A DNA stretch of 64,000 nt, from contig JBAZQN010000001.1 of NCBI GenBank assembly GCA_041645165.1, positions 117,971 to 181,970 of the forward strand, given 5' to 3'. A program made the position numbers and the translations under genes. The notes under the pieces were generated by a model. The model saw only the letters and a list, made by a program, of their open reading frames with translations. It ran no database searches and was not told the origin of the DNA. Below, piece by piece: positions 39,300 through 49,741 of this stretch; the first letter of the stretch is position 1; the number at the start of each line of letters is the position of its first letter. This stretch comes from Patescibacteria group bacterium (lineage in GTDB: Bacteria; Patescibacteriota; Patescibacteriia; 2-02-FULL-49-11).

Positions 39300-40103
39300 A
39301 TGAACTTTCATTCTCGTTTTGTCTTATATAATTTAGAAAAAAAGCTGTCTGATCAGTTACGTACTATCTCATCTGAGGGTCGTGAACAAATGTATGCAAA
39401 AGTATATCGCGGTTTTTTTGACATGGCGAAACAAATTGAAGGATGGGAGGGAGATGCAGAGATAAAGGAAAATGCAGCTAAAGAATTACAAAAATTAAAT
39501 CTATTGAGACACCTTGTGCATCCAAACACAACATTCATTGAATTTGGTGCGGGTGATTGTGCACTCGCATTGGCGGTAGCTCGATTTGCAGGATATGTTT
39601 ATGCCACTGAGACGACCAATATGCTACCCAATAATGTAGCTCTTCCTTCAAATTTTGAGCTCATACTTGTGCCATTACAAGAAAATTTATTAAAACGGGA
39701 GAGTATGGATCTCGCATACAGCAATCAATTCATTGAGCACCTTCATCCTGATGATGCAAAGGAGCATATAAAAAAGGTATATTTATTGTTGCGTATGGGC
39801 GGGAGATATCTTTGCATGACCCCCAATAAACTGACAGGGCCTCATGATATTTCTCGATACTTTACATCGACGCCAACCGGATTTCATTTAAAAGAATATT
39901 CATTTAAAGAGCTTATAAAATTATTTAGAGATAACGGATTCAGTGAACTAATTACCTACATAGGAGGAAAGGGATATTATATGCGTTGTAATATCAATGT
40001 AGTACTTTTTATTGAGCGATTGTTTAGTAAGTTGCCGTTAAAGATACGTCAGAATTTTCCATTAGGGGGAGTTCTTAATGTAAGGATTATGGGAGTTAAG
40101 TAA
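39300..40103 (+). CDS. Class I SAM-dependent methyltransferase
   Basis: FIEFGAGDCALALAVA motif I; start taken at internal Met (MNFHSRF) after the upstream GT stop. Confidence 0.55.
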   Translation: MNFHSRFVLYNLEKKLSDQLRTISSEGREQMYAKVYRGFFDMAKQIEGWEGDAEIKENAAKELQKLNLLRHLVHPNTTFIEFGAGDCALALAVARFAGYVYATETTNMLPNNVALPSNFELILVPLQENLLKRESMDLAYSNQFIEHLHPDDAKEHIKKVYLLLRMGGRYLCMTPNKLTGPHDISRYFTSTPTGFHLKEYSFKELIKLFRDNGFSELITYIGGKGYYMRCNINVVLFIERLFSKLPLKIRQNFPLGGVLNVRIMGVK

Positions 40104-40119
40104 TAAATAGTGTTTTAAT

Positions 40120-41226
40120 ATGCGGATCGGCATTGATGCTTCGCAATTAGTAAAGTGGCAAAAAACCGGAATTGAGTGGTATAGCTATCATGTAGTCAAA
40201 GAAATGCGGCATGTGGTTCCGCCGGAACATCGCGTCCGTCTGTATGCGCCTTGTGCCCTTCCTCAGAAATTTTTACCGCTTCCTTCCTATTGGGAGTTAA
40301 AGATATTGCGCTGGCCTCTTCCTTGGGGCTGGACTCAACTTCGCCTTGCATGGGAGCTTATACGCAATGCGCCCGATATTTATTTTACCCCGGGTTACAT
40401 TATTCCTCTACTTTTGAAGGAGAAAGCCGCGGTGAGCATCCATGACGTGGCATTCAGGAATTACCCGTCTGCGTACCGCCATCCTCGCCTAAATGAACTT
40501 ATCCACCGTTGGAACGCAAAACGTGCGCAGATAATTATAGTGCCTTCAGACGCGACCAAGAAAGCGGTGGTCAACGCATATCATATTGATTCGGAGAAGA
40601 TTCATGTTATACCTCACGGATATGATCATACGATTTATCATCAATACGGGAAGGCGGAAATACAAAAAACGTTTAATCGTTACCGCCTTACCGATCCCTA
40701 TGTAATTACCGTGGGAAGAGTGGAAGAAAAAAAGAATATAATAAGTGTTCTAGCCGCAGTTGAAGAGGCAAGGAAGCGGTCGGAATTAAAAAATCTCATA
40801 TTGGTATTAGTGGGCAGTCCTGGATTTGGATATGAGGAGATACAGCGTTGGATCAAAGATCACCATGCGCAAGACTGGGTGCGCGAATTAGGCTGGCTGC
40901 CATCGGAAGATGTCGCGGTTTTGATGAATGGCGCCTTGAGCCTCCTCGCATTAAGTTGCGAGGAAGGGTTCGGGTTGACTGTGCTTGAAGCGCTCGCGTG
41001 CGGCACGACTGTACTTGCGTCCGATATCCCGGCTCATCGGGAAGTGGGAGCAGAGTTCGTCACTTATGTGGATCGTATGAATATATCGGCTATTTCACAA
41101 GCGATTACCAAAATTAATAATACGCCGGAAAAAAAGAGACAGAAAATGGAGTATGCTTCTCAGTTTACCTGGCGGCATGCTGCGCAAAGCATATATGAAA
41201 AATTAGTGTTGATATATGAAATATAG
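40120..41226 (+). CDS. Glycosyltransferase GT4
   Basis: EGFGLTVLEALACGTTVLASD. Confidence 0.7.
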   Translation: MRIGIDASQLVKWQKTGIEWYSYHVVKEMRHVVPPEHRVRLYAPCALPQKFLPLPSYWELKILRWPLPWGWTQLRLAWELIRNAPDIYFTPGYIIPLLLKEKAAVSIHDVAFRNYPSAYRHPRLNELIHRWNAKRAQIIIVPSDATKKAVVNAYHIDSEKIHVIPHGYDHTIYHQYGKAEIQKTFNRYRLTDPYVITVGRVEEKKNIISVLAAVEEARKRSELKNLILVLVGSPGFGYEEIQRWIKDHHAQDWVRELGWLPSEDVAVLMNGALSLLALSCEEGFGLTVLEALACGTTVLASDIPAHREVGAEFVTYVDRMNISAISQAITKINNTPEKKRQKMEYASQFTWRHAAQSIYEKLVLIYEI

Positions 41227-43204
41227 AGTTATTATCACATTTTTGTCCATCATTCTATTTTCAATTGTTTATATTTCTGCCGCACATGCGAGCAGTTTCC
41301 CTCGTTTGGCAAATTATTATCTAACGGGAGGAGGTATTACGGAACAGGAAGCGCAAGAACTAACGAAATGGGATGTGGTCATTATGGGAATGGAAGTACC
41401 CGAAATTTCGCCGGCGGCGTTTGCGCTTATAAAAAAAAATAATCCCGACGTCAAATTGTTGGTGTATGTGGACAGTATAATGCGTGGCACGGCCCCGGTG
41501 CAGTGGCGAAGCTCTTTTCATGAGTATCATTACAATAATGCAAAAAGTGAGTGGCTTTTGCAATCTCCACAGGGCGAGAGCATGACATTCTGGCCAGGGA
41601 CAGAGATAATGAATCCCACCGATTATGCGCCTTTGGCGCAGGGGAAACGTTGGAATGATTTTTTGCCAGCATTTGCTGCTCAGGTTTATCAGAAACAAGG
41701 AGTTTGGGACGGCATTTTTTTTGACGACGCGATGTCGGACATTTCCTGGCTGAATAACGGGAATATCGACATTACTAATGACGGCGTCAAAGACGCGCCG
41801 GAATTTATTGATAAGGCGTGGCGAACAGGTATGCGAAGCATTTATCAAAAAACGCGCGCCAATTTGGGCGATAATATAATTATTATCACTAATTCAAGTT
41901 ATGAATATAGCGAACAGTTGAACGGCCGGATGTTTGAGACAGTGCTAACGCATGGGTGGAAGTGGGATGAGCAAATCAAAGCCATCGAGGATGCGGGAAG
42001 TTCAGGCGGTTACCTGCCGCGCTATATCGTGGTGAACGCCAATACTGACAACACAGGCAATCGGGAAGATTGGCGCAAATTTCGTTTCGCCTTCACATCG
42101 ACATTACTGACTGACGCTTATTTCAGCTACGACTACGGCGACAAATGGCACGAACAAATCTGGTGGTATGATGAATATAATGTAAATTTAGGTAATGCGA
42201 GGAGCAACGCATATGCAGTAACTAACAAAGAAAGGACATTGTTAGGCGTATGGCGTCGGGATTTTGAAAAGGGGATTGCTTTGGTGAATATTACAGGAGT
42301 TGCACAAACGGTAATCGTAGGCAGCAATTTTAAAAAGATAAACGGCACGCAGGATAAGAGCGTAAATAACGGACAGCGCGTCTCGCAAATTACGATGGGT
42401 GCATACGATGGTATTGTTTTAGAGAGAGTGAATCAAGAATCTGTGCCACAGAATATGACTGTATCGCAAGGATTCGTTGCAGGCAGTAACGCGGAGTTAT
42501 GGGATATGACAACAGGTAAATCGGTAGGTATTATGGTTTTGAATTTACAATCAATTCCTAAGGGTACGTTTGGTTTAATAAACGATTTAGACAGTGACGG
42601 TATCGATGAGACCATTATTTGGAAAAATGGAGCATTAACCCTCTACCGGAATGGACAAAAAATGTGGCTCATGTACCCATATGACAAACGTTGGCGAGGC
42701 AGTGTAAGTCTTGCATCAGGAGATGTGGACGGTGACGGTATGCGTGAAATTGTGCTTGCCGCGGGCTTTGGCGGCGGCCCTCATGTAAGGATTGTTGATG
42801 TAATGGGAAAGTTAAGAGGGCCGGGATTCTTTGCGGGAAACAAAAATAGCAGGACCGGCACCTTTGTAGATGTGAATGATATCAATGGAGACGGGGTAGA
42901 TGAAATTATTGCTGGCACGGGACGCGGTGAAGAGCCATGGGTGAGGATATTTGACGCAAAGGGGACATTGCTGAATTCCTTTCTTGCGTATGAGCGCAAT
43001 AATCAGCAGGGAGTATCTGTGGTTGCAAGTGATGTTAATAATGATAAGGTAAGCGAGATATTTACGATTAATGCGAATCATGTTAAAGTGTATGCCTCCA
43101 CAGGTATATTGTTGGATCAATTTACCCTTTCAAACCAAGGGAAAAATAATAAAAGGGTAGTTATTGTTCAGGATGCTCTACATAAGAGACTTGCTACGTA
43201 TTGA
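41216..43204 (+). CDS. Secreted protein: N-terminal TIM-barrel glycoside-hydrolase-like domain (GH114/GHL-type) plus C-terminal FG-GAP/VCBS repeats
   Basis: Signal peptide MKYRVIITFLSIILFSIVYISAAHA; repeated DxDxDGxxE FG-GAP motifs (DLDSDGIDE, DVDGDGMRE, DINGDGVDE). Confidence 0.5.
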   Translation: MKYRVIITFLSIILFSIVYISAAHASSFPRLANYYLTGGGITEQEAQELTKWDVVIMGMEVPEISPAAFALIKKNNPDVKLLVYVDSIMRGTAPVQWRSSFHEYHYNNAKSEWLLQSPQGESMTFWPGTEIMNPTDYAPLAQGKRWNDFLPAFAAQVYQKQGVWDGIFFDDAMSDISWLNNGNIDITNDGVKDAPEFIDKAWRTGMRSIYQKTRANLGDNIIIITNSSYEYSEQLNGRMFETVLTHGWKWDEQIKAIEDAGSSGGYLPRYIVVNANTDNTGNREDWRKFRFAFTSTLLTDAYFSYDYGDKWHEQIWWYDEYNVNLGNARSNAYAVTNKERTLLGVWRRDFEKGIALVNITGVAQTVIVGSNFKKINGTQDKSVNNGQRVSQITMGAYDGIVLERVNQESVPQNMTVSQGFVAGSNAELWDMTTGKSVGIMVLNLQSIPKGTFGLINDLDSDGIDETIIWKNGALTLYRNGQKMWLMYPYDKRWRGSVSLASGDVDGDGMREIVLAAGFGGGPHVRIVDVMGKLRGPGFFAGNKNSRTGTFVDVNDINGDGVDEIIAGTGRGEEPWVRIFDAKGTLLNSFLAYERNNQQGVSVVASDVNNDKVSEIFTINANHVKVYASTGILLDQFTLSNQGKNNKRVVIVQDALHKRLATY

Positions 43205-43225
43205 AATAATAAGGACAATTTATCT

Positions 43226-43257
43226 AAAAAAAGGCGCAGAATATGCGCTTTTTTTTG
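43226..43257. terminator. Rho-independent terminator-like hairpin flanked by A- and T-runs (bidirectional)
   Basis: aaaaaaGGCGCAgaatatGCGCttttttt directly after the FG-GAP gene stop. Confidence 0.5.
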
Positions 43258-43312
43258 ACAAAATAAAAAAAACAATGTAAGGTAAATTTCTTTTGTTTTA
43301 AGTATTTTATAT

Positions 43313-44509
43313 ATGCGGATAGCAATGATAGGGCAAAAAGGCATCCCTTGCACCGGAGGAGGGGTGGAGCGGCATGTGGAGGAATTATCCCGTCTGTTGG
43401 TGCGTGCAGGCCATGAGGTCCTCGTGTATACGCGTCCGCATTATACTGACAAGAAACGTGCGCGATATCATGGCGTAACACTAAAATCACTCCCTTCTCT
43501 CCCCACAAAGCATCTTGACGCTTTGAGCCACTCGTTAATAGGCACTTTCCACGCGATGCGCCAAGGTGTGGATATCATACATTATCATGGCATAGGGCCT
43601 TCGTTGTGCGCACCTATCCCTAGGGTATTTACGCCTCATATCAAAGTTATAGGTACGTTCCATTCACAAGATTGGAGGCACCAGAAGTGGGGACTCTTCG
43701 CTCGATTCATACTGCGTCTCGGGGCGTGGACTATGACGCATGTGCCACACATTACAATTGCAGTATCGCAAGAAATCAGTGATTTAATTTTTCAGCGTAC
43801 GGGAAGACGAGTGCCGTATATTCCCACCGGCGTATTGCTCCATAAAAAGAAGCCTCCTTTAAGGCTTTTAGAATCATTTCATCTGCAGAGAGGAAGATAT
43901 CTTTTGGTCGTCTCGCGTTTTGTCCGCCATAAATCCATTACTGATGCGGTAGAGGCTTTTATCCGTTTGAAGTCGCGTTTTCCAAAAGATGCGCGCATCT
44001 CACGCTTAAAACTCGCCTTGGTTGGCGGAGGCGCATTCACTGATGCATATGTGAATGAGATTAAGGCATGCGCGGGTAAGAGAGACGACATCGTGCTTAC
44101 AGGGTACCAGAAAGGCTATACCCTTCATGCACTGTATGCCCATGCTTTTGCATTTCTCCAGCCTTCAATATCTGAAGGAAAATCTATCGCGCTGCTTGAG
44201 GCTATGTCATGGGGATTGCCTATCATTGCCGCAGATATTCCTGAAACGCGGGAAGTGCTTATCCCCGTTCAGCGAAAGGTTTCGGGGGTACTTTATGCGC
44301 CGCGCAATATCGCAAACCTCACCCATGCAATGCATGCGCTTATCAATAAACCAAGATACGCCCGACAATTAGGCGCACAGGCGCGCAAAGAGGTTGCCGC
44401 CACTTATAATTGGGATACCATTATTTATGATATTATCGCGCTATATGAATGTGCGCTGCAGCAAAGCGATGAATATCATGCGCTCGATTACCGGTTGAGA
44501 GAAGCCTAA
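43313..44509 (+). CDS. Glycosyltransferase GT4 (PimA-like)
   Basis: N-terminal GGVERHVEELSRLL and C-terminal EGKSIALLEAMSWGLPIIAAD. Confidence 0.7.
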   Translation: MRIAMIGQKGIPCTGGGVERHVEELSRLLVRAGHEVLVYTRPHYTDKKRARYHGVTLKSLPSLPTKHLDALSHSLIGTFHAMRQGVDIIHYHGIGPSLCAPIPRVFTPHIKVIGTFHSQDWRHQKWGLFARFILRLGAWTMTHVPHITIAVSQEISDLIFQRTGRRVPYIPTGVLLHKKKPPLRLLESFHLQRGRYLLVVSRFVRHKSITDAVEAFIRLKSRFPKDARISRLKLALVGGGAFTDAYVNEIKACAGKRDDIVLTGYQKGYTLHALYAHAFAFLQPSISEGKSIALLEAMSWGLPIIAADIPETREVLIPVQRKVSGVLYAPRNIANLTHAMHALINKPRYARQLGAQARKEVAATYNWDTIIYDIIALYECALQQSDEYHALDYRLREA

Positions 44510-44577
44510 TTGATATCGCATTCAAACGCACTCACTACGCACTCAAACGCAGTTGAGGTGCAGTATTTATTGATTTA

Positions 44578-46422
44578 TTAATCCGTGATACTGGGATCGC
44601 CTGGTCCCACTGAATAGATGGCGTCGCCGTTCAATACATAGATTCGCCGCGCTGCTTCATCCGGGTAAAGTCCCCGCAATTCAGTAAACAGCGGGCTCGT
44701 ATATTGGGCAACTAATGAGCCGTCTTTTTTTAATACGACAACTACGCGGCGTTGGGGTTGGTCGAGGAGATAGAGATAGGGAGAATCTTCCTTAGTCGCG
44801 ATTGCTTTCACGTTTCCCAAAGGAGGCTGGAGAGGCCTTAAGGCAAATGGCACCCGTTTGCCTTTTTCAAGCCGTATTATGCTGTGGTCGGTGAATGTCA
44901 CGTACATAGAGCCGTCAATGGCAAAAGTAGTCGCTTGCGATAAGTCTATAGAATCATCTTCTGACCAAGGCGACCATAAATTATACCCCTGATCTGTGCG
45001 TTCAAAGCGGTAAATGGAGCGTGTGCGCGCATCAAGCAAATAGATGTGGTCAAGGTATGTCGCATACGCAATTGGCACCATTGACGCGCGAGGCAGTATA
45101 AGAGGGTACAATTGGAAGGTGCGGTGTTCGGAATCAAAATTTAACACGCCGAGCGGGTTTTCAGTGAGCACCATCACAGTGCCCGGGGTTGAAGCGATGA
45201 TATCTACGGGCTTGCCCGCACCATCAGGAAGTTCTGTCATCACGACAATGCGCCTTTCTTTCCCGTCAAATTCATAAATGGCGCCTTCCGCGCGGTTCAC
45301 CGTATAAAGTTTTCCCTGCTTGAGCGCGAGCCCCATGAGGTCAAACGTATGCGTTTCGCGGAATGATTTTTCCATGGAGACCACTGGTGTGGGATTTGCA
45401 ATAATAGAAAGCTTATTGATCAATGCAGCGCGCTGTGCAAGCCTTGTTCTTAAGTTTTGAATAGTGGATGCTTGAGTGTCTGAAAGATACTGGGGCGCCG
45501 CATTGAGGAGTGCGAGTGTGGCGTCAATGAGCTCAAGCGCATCTTCTTCCTTTTTATCCTTCAGCAGCGACTCTATCTGCGATTCGCGCCGGACGGTTTC
45601 TGCAATTATGCGTTCCACATTTTTTGACCCCACGGAGACAAATATGATACGCAGTGAGACAAGCATTAAGAGCGCGATGACTGCTATAGCGATGCGTTTC
45701 CGGTGGGAGCTTTGCCGTAATAATGCGATACCTCCCAATATGCTTTTTTTAATCGTGGTTAAAATCGCGACCCAGTTTTTTCTTGTTTTGGGCAATGGAA
45801 GAGATGAGATTTTGTTGCGCAGGTGCAAGGCTCTGTCCTTAATGCTTTTTTTTTGGATAAGTCTGATAATAAATGCAGTACCCAGTGTGTCAATAATTTT
45901 ATTAATTTCTTTTTTATTCCCTTCTTTAAGCTGCTGGGCAAACCGCGTAAGATCGGACTTTCCAGATTCTTTTAATGTGATGAGAATCGCGCCATGTTGG
46001 TGCGCGCCCGCCACAAATTCAGTAAATAATTTTTTTCGCCCTACCGAATATTCTGATTGGCATACTTCAATAATGTTTCCTTGTGACAAAAGATACGCGT
46101 AGCATTCTCCGCCCGAAGTGATAGCAAAGGAGTCTTTATTGTAGGCGAGTGCGCATACATTTTCTGTATATGATTTCGTGTCCTTGCTCAATTCGTTTAC
46201 CCTGCTACCTGCATGCTCAAGAGCGCTCTCTAGCGATCCGCGGTTCGCAAAAAAATGTATTGAGAGATGTTTAAAAACTTCATCTCCGTATGACGAATGG
46301 CTTAAGGCTACGAGAAATGAAGCTGATGTCTCTCCCGGCCGCAGCCCTTCACGTTGTGACATTAAAATTCCGCCATTATCGGCGATATTGTGTGATATGC
46401 AAAATTGGATACCTTTGGGCAT
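44578..46422 (-). CDS. Membrane-anchored protein: N-terminal cytoplasmic domain, single TM, large extracytoplasmic beta-rich domain
   Basis: Central TM IAIAVIALLMLVSLRIIFVSV; the start codon at 46420-46422 immediately abuts the 37-bp inverted repeat, so the track N-terminus MALDVDILGM is repeat-derived and probably not translated. Confidence 0.45.
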   Translation of the reverse strand: MPKGIQFCISHNIADNGGILMSQREGLRPGETSASFLVALSHSSYGDEVFKHLSIHFFANRGSLESALEHAGSRVNELSKDTKSYTENVCALAYNKDSFAITSGGECYAYLLSQGNIIEVCQSEYSVGRKKLFTEFVAGAHQHGAILITLKESGKSDLTRFAQQLKEGNKKEINKIIDTLGTAFIIRLIQKKSIKDRALHLRNKISSLPLPKTRKNWVAILTTIKKSILGGIALLRQSSHRKRIAIAVIALLMLVSLRIIFVSVGSKNVERIIAETVRRESQIESLLKDKKEEDALELIDATLALLNAAPQYLSDTQASTIQNLRTRLAQRAALINKLSIIANPTPVVSMEKSFRETHTFDLMGLALKQGKLYTVNRAEGAIYEFDGKERRIVVMTELPDGAGKPVDIIASTPGTVMVLTENPLGVLNFDSEHRTFQLYPLILPRASMVPIAYATYLDHIYLLDARTRSIYRFERTDQGYNLWSPWSEDDSIDLSQATTFAIDGSMYVTFTDHSIIRLEKGKRVPFALRPLQPPLGNVKAIATKEDSPYLYLLDQPQRRVVVVLKKDGSLVAQYTSPLFTELRGLYPDEAARRIYVLNGDAIYSVGPGDPSITD

Positions 46423-46456
46423 ACCCAGTATATCAACATCCAACGCCAAACGTGGC
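46420..46456 (-). repeat. 37-bp perfect inverted repeat, right copy
   Basis: Exact reverse complement of 14707-14743. Confidence 0.9.
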
Positions 46457-46946
46457 GAGGATAGTAGTATTACGTAGTACCGTTGCGACCCTGGAGTATT
46501 GATTTATCATAATGGACAGAATAAGCGTTTGGCGATCGGTGAGGGAGGCTTTGATAGAATCTTGAAATGCATTTATACCATTATTTCATGTTTTATTCAT
46601 TCTCTGTACTCTCATTTCCGCCTCCCTCTTGGATGTTGTATAACTGGGCATAATTTAGAACGTTCGACTCTATCATAATTATGTTTTTTTTGCAAGAGGG
46701 TGGGGGATGAACATTTTTAGTGTTCATGCCCACTTGCGCTTTTTTCTGCGTATGATAGGATATGAAACTTCCTTAAGGGCGCTTAAAAAAATAACCTTTC
46801 CAATATAATCCTCATTTTATTGCGGCATTAGGCTTATTAACTATAGTACCGCATCAAAGCGGTGAATATGTTATTTTTTTACGGCGCCTAAGATATTTGA
46901 GATATCTCACAGAGTTATCCACAGCTACTCTCTTTAATTTGCTATT

Positions 46947-48689
46947 ATGGCGAAAAGATTGATAAATATATCTCTTTCAATTCTCATCGCCTTGGCGCCT
47001 TTTTTCTCATGGCACACCGCGCTCAATGCCGCGGAAACAGAAAGTCCCTATCAAGTGCATGAGGTGCTCATCACGTGGCGCAAATCATATCAAAGCCGTT
47101 TGGATGAAATGATGCTGCGATTAAGGCATGATATTAACGAAAAGTTCGGAAAAGGCATGAGCGAACAAATTGTCGAGGCGCAATCATATGACGGTTCATT
47201 TACACGCATTACGGTGCCTGAAAGCATTGAATTGGGGAAAGCCCTTAAAGTGTTACGTACGATTCCGGGCATTGAAACCGTAACACCTAACTGGCCGATT
47301 CACGCGCTCATGATTCCAAATGATCCTTACTATGAGCCGTACCAATGGAACATGAAACTCATCCAAATGCCGGAAGCATGGGACGCGAGTTTGGGCGCTG
47401 GCGCGGTAGTGGCAGTGGCAGATTCCGGCATCGCGTATGAAGATTACGGTATGTATAAAAAGGCGCTGGATTTGGGCGGCGTGAGTTTTATGCCCGGATA
47501 TGATTTTATCAGCCGTGACAGTCATCCGAATGATGAAAATGGCCATGGCACGCACATAGCTGGCATCATCGCGGGCACGCTCAATAATAATATGGGAGTG
47601 GCAGGCATCGCGCCGAAAGCGCAGATCATGCCTTTGAAAATTCTTGATAAATATGGATCAGGGACAGTCGCGGGTCTTGCGGAAGCAATCAGATGGGCGG
47701 CAGATCATGGCGCGCAAGTGATAAATATGTCAGTAGGGAGCCCAGAACCATCACCTGTGCTCACTGACGCGCTTTCCTACGCCTATCGCAAAGGAGTCGT
47801 TTTGGTGAGCGCCGTGGGCAATGACGGGACGGATAAGGTGCTTTATCCTGCCGCAGAAAGAGATTATGTGATTGCCGTAGGCGCTGCAGGGATGGACGGA
47901 TCGCGCGCGCCGTATTCAAACACCGGTGAGGCAATCGATATACTCGCACCCGGCGGGGATTTTACCGCAGATTATAACCATGACACGTATCCGGACGGTA
48001 TACTACAACAGACCTTTGCCACACGCGGCCCTCTAATAGATGTACGTTCGTTCTCTTACCGGTTCATGCAAGGGACTTCGGTGGCTGCTCCTCATGTGAC
48101 AGGCGTTGCAGCGCTTCTTAAGTCACTTGGCGTGCGTGATCCTGCATCGGTTAGATCTATCCTGCGCTCGAGTGCGACTGATATCGGCGCAGAAGGATGG
48201 GATCGCGAGACAGGCGCAGGGCTTCTGAATGCCGCAAAAGCGGTTCTCGCGGCGCGCGCGCAGAACTCACTTGTGAATGTAACTAATTCAACCGTTGCGC
48301 GAAGTACGGAAATACCATCAGAAGAAAACGCTCCGCAAACTAACGAAGAGATAGCAAGCCAGCCGTCAGTTACCGCTCTCACGCTAACGCTTACTGCACT
48401 AAACCAATTTGGGAAGACTGCCACGAAATTTACCTGGTGGGAGCCTATCACAGTACAAGCACGAGTAGTAGACCAAAATGGCAAGCCTGTCGCTGACGCA
48501 ACCCTCACTATTACCTACAAACAAGGCAGTAAGGAACCAAGCATTTTGAATGGGAAAACAAACACAGACGGCGCAAGCGCATTCGTGATAGGACCTTTCA
48601 GCCGGCGCAGTATTATTCAGATTGGAGGGATCGCGGAAAAAGAGGGAATTGCCAGCCCTTTGACTACCCTGCAATTTTCAATTAAGTAA
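46947..48689 (+). CDS. Secreted subtilisin-like serine protease (peptidase S8) with C-terminal extension
   Basis: Catalytic triad contexts VAVADSGI (Asp), HGTHIAGIIAG (His), GTSVAAPHVTG (Ser); N-terminal signal peptide. Confidence 0.85.
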   Translation: MAKRLINISLSILIALAPFFSWHTALNAAETESPYQVHEVLITWRKSYQSRLDEMMLRLRHDINEKFGKGMSEQIVEAQSYDGSFTRITVPESIELGKALKVLRTIPGIETVTPNWPIHALMIPNDPYYEPYQWNMKLIQMPEAWDASLGAGAVVAVADSGIAYEDYGMYKKALDLGGVSFMPGYDFISRDSHPNDENGHGTHIAGIIAGTLNNNMGVAGIAPKAQIMPLKILDKYGSGTVAGLAEAIRWAADHGAQVINMSVGSPEPSPVLTDALSYAYRKGVVLVSAVGNDGTDKVLYPAAERDYVIAVGAAGMDGSRAPYSNTGEAIDILAPGGDFTADYNHDTYPDGILQQTFATRGPLIDVRSFSYRFMQGTSVAAPHVTGVAALLKSLGVRDPASVRSILRSSATDIGAEGWDRETGAGLLNAAKAVLAARAQNSLVNVTNSTVARSTEIPSEENAPQTNEEIASQPSVTALTLTLTALNQFGKTATKFTWWEPITVQARVVDQNGKPVADATLTITYKQGSKEPSILNGKTNTDGASAFVIGPFSRRSIIQIGGIAEKEGIASPLTTLQFSIK

Positions 48690-49741
48690 CAAATGTCTAG
48701 ATTTGTAGCGTCGGAGCTTGTCTCCGACTCACGGGTGGCAGACATCCCAGTCATTCGACGGGACAGGAGCTGCTACGCTACCGTGAAACGCGTAATTCCT
48801 GTTTAATATCATTTTCTGTGGATAACTGGAGGAAAACTGAAGGTTTTTGGGTGAATTTAGCTTAATTTTGAAATGATAATAAAAATAATATTAAATATTA
48901 TGCAATAAAATGGCTAACATTAAAAGAAAATACTTGATAATAAAGCTAATATTTAGATTGACAGGGCACCTTGTTTTAGGATAAGATTGGATAACCAAAA
49001 AACAACATAAGAAACCAAATAAAAGGCAGAGATAACGATCCCGTGCTCACTTAATCGGAAACAGACGCAGATTCCGCCAGCGGGCGGATACGCAGATATA
49101 TGCAGATTTTCTTAAAGTGCATGGGACTATTTACGGTATCAGGACAATTTATAGGGCGCAGAATGGAATCCGACTATAACGCTTTATGCGCGGATCAAAC
49201 GCGAACACACGCGAGAGATCACGCCAATAGACGCGAAAGTTAGATTTCGTTCTGCGCTCTTTATATTGCGCAGATATAAGCAGATGATACGCAGATAGTC
49301 GCAGATATGTCATGAGTAAGACTATAAAAATAAAAAAAAGAAATTAACATTTCATTTCAATATCAGCGTTGATCGGCGTTTAATCCGCGTTGATCAGCGA
49401 AATGCGTAACATGCATTTGTATTCTTCTCTGTGATCCGGGTTGGTCTGCGCCCCCCGCCCAAACTTTGCCAGATTCAGCAGGCAAATCTGCTGGTGGCAA
49501 AACTTGGGCGGGGTCAGATTCCCCAGCCCGGATCAAAGGGAGGAATAAACCGGTCGACATCCAAACTGATCAATGATCTTTGGATCTTTGAACAGGAGGA
49601 TTGGATTCCATGTGGCGTTACGAGAGGGGGCCCTACCCAATAATGGGCACATAATTATACTCTGGTAACACCATGGCCCAGAACATCACTCCCCGCAAAT
49701 TTTCGTTTAACGAAACTTAAGCGGGGGACTCCAGAAAGGCG

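Noticed and set aside
46715-46760. Hairpin gggggatgaacatttttagtgttcatgccc plus T-run as a terminator
   Set aside because: No plus-strand gene ends upstream of it; the neighbouring gene is on the minus strand and starts at 46422. It is more likely part of the divergent regulatory region than a terminator.
46915-46923. Perfect DnaA-box TTATCCACA upstream of the subtilisin gene (possible oriC)
   Set aside because: It is a single box with no cluster of additional boxes, no AT-rich unwinding element pattern and no dnaA/dnaN nearby. A single 9-mer is expected by chance in 64 kb.
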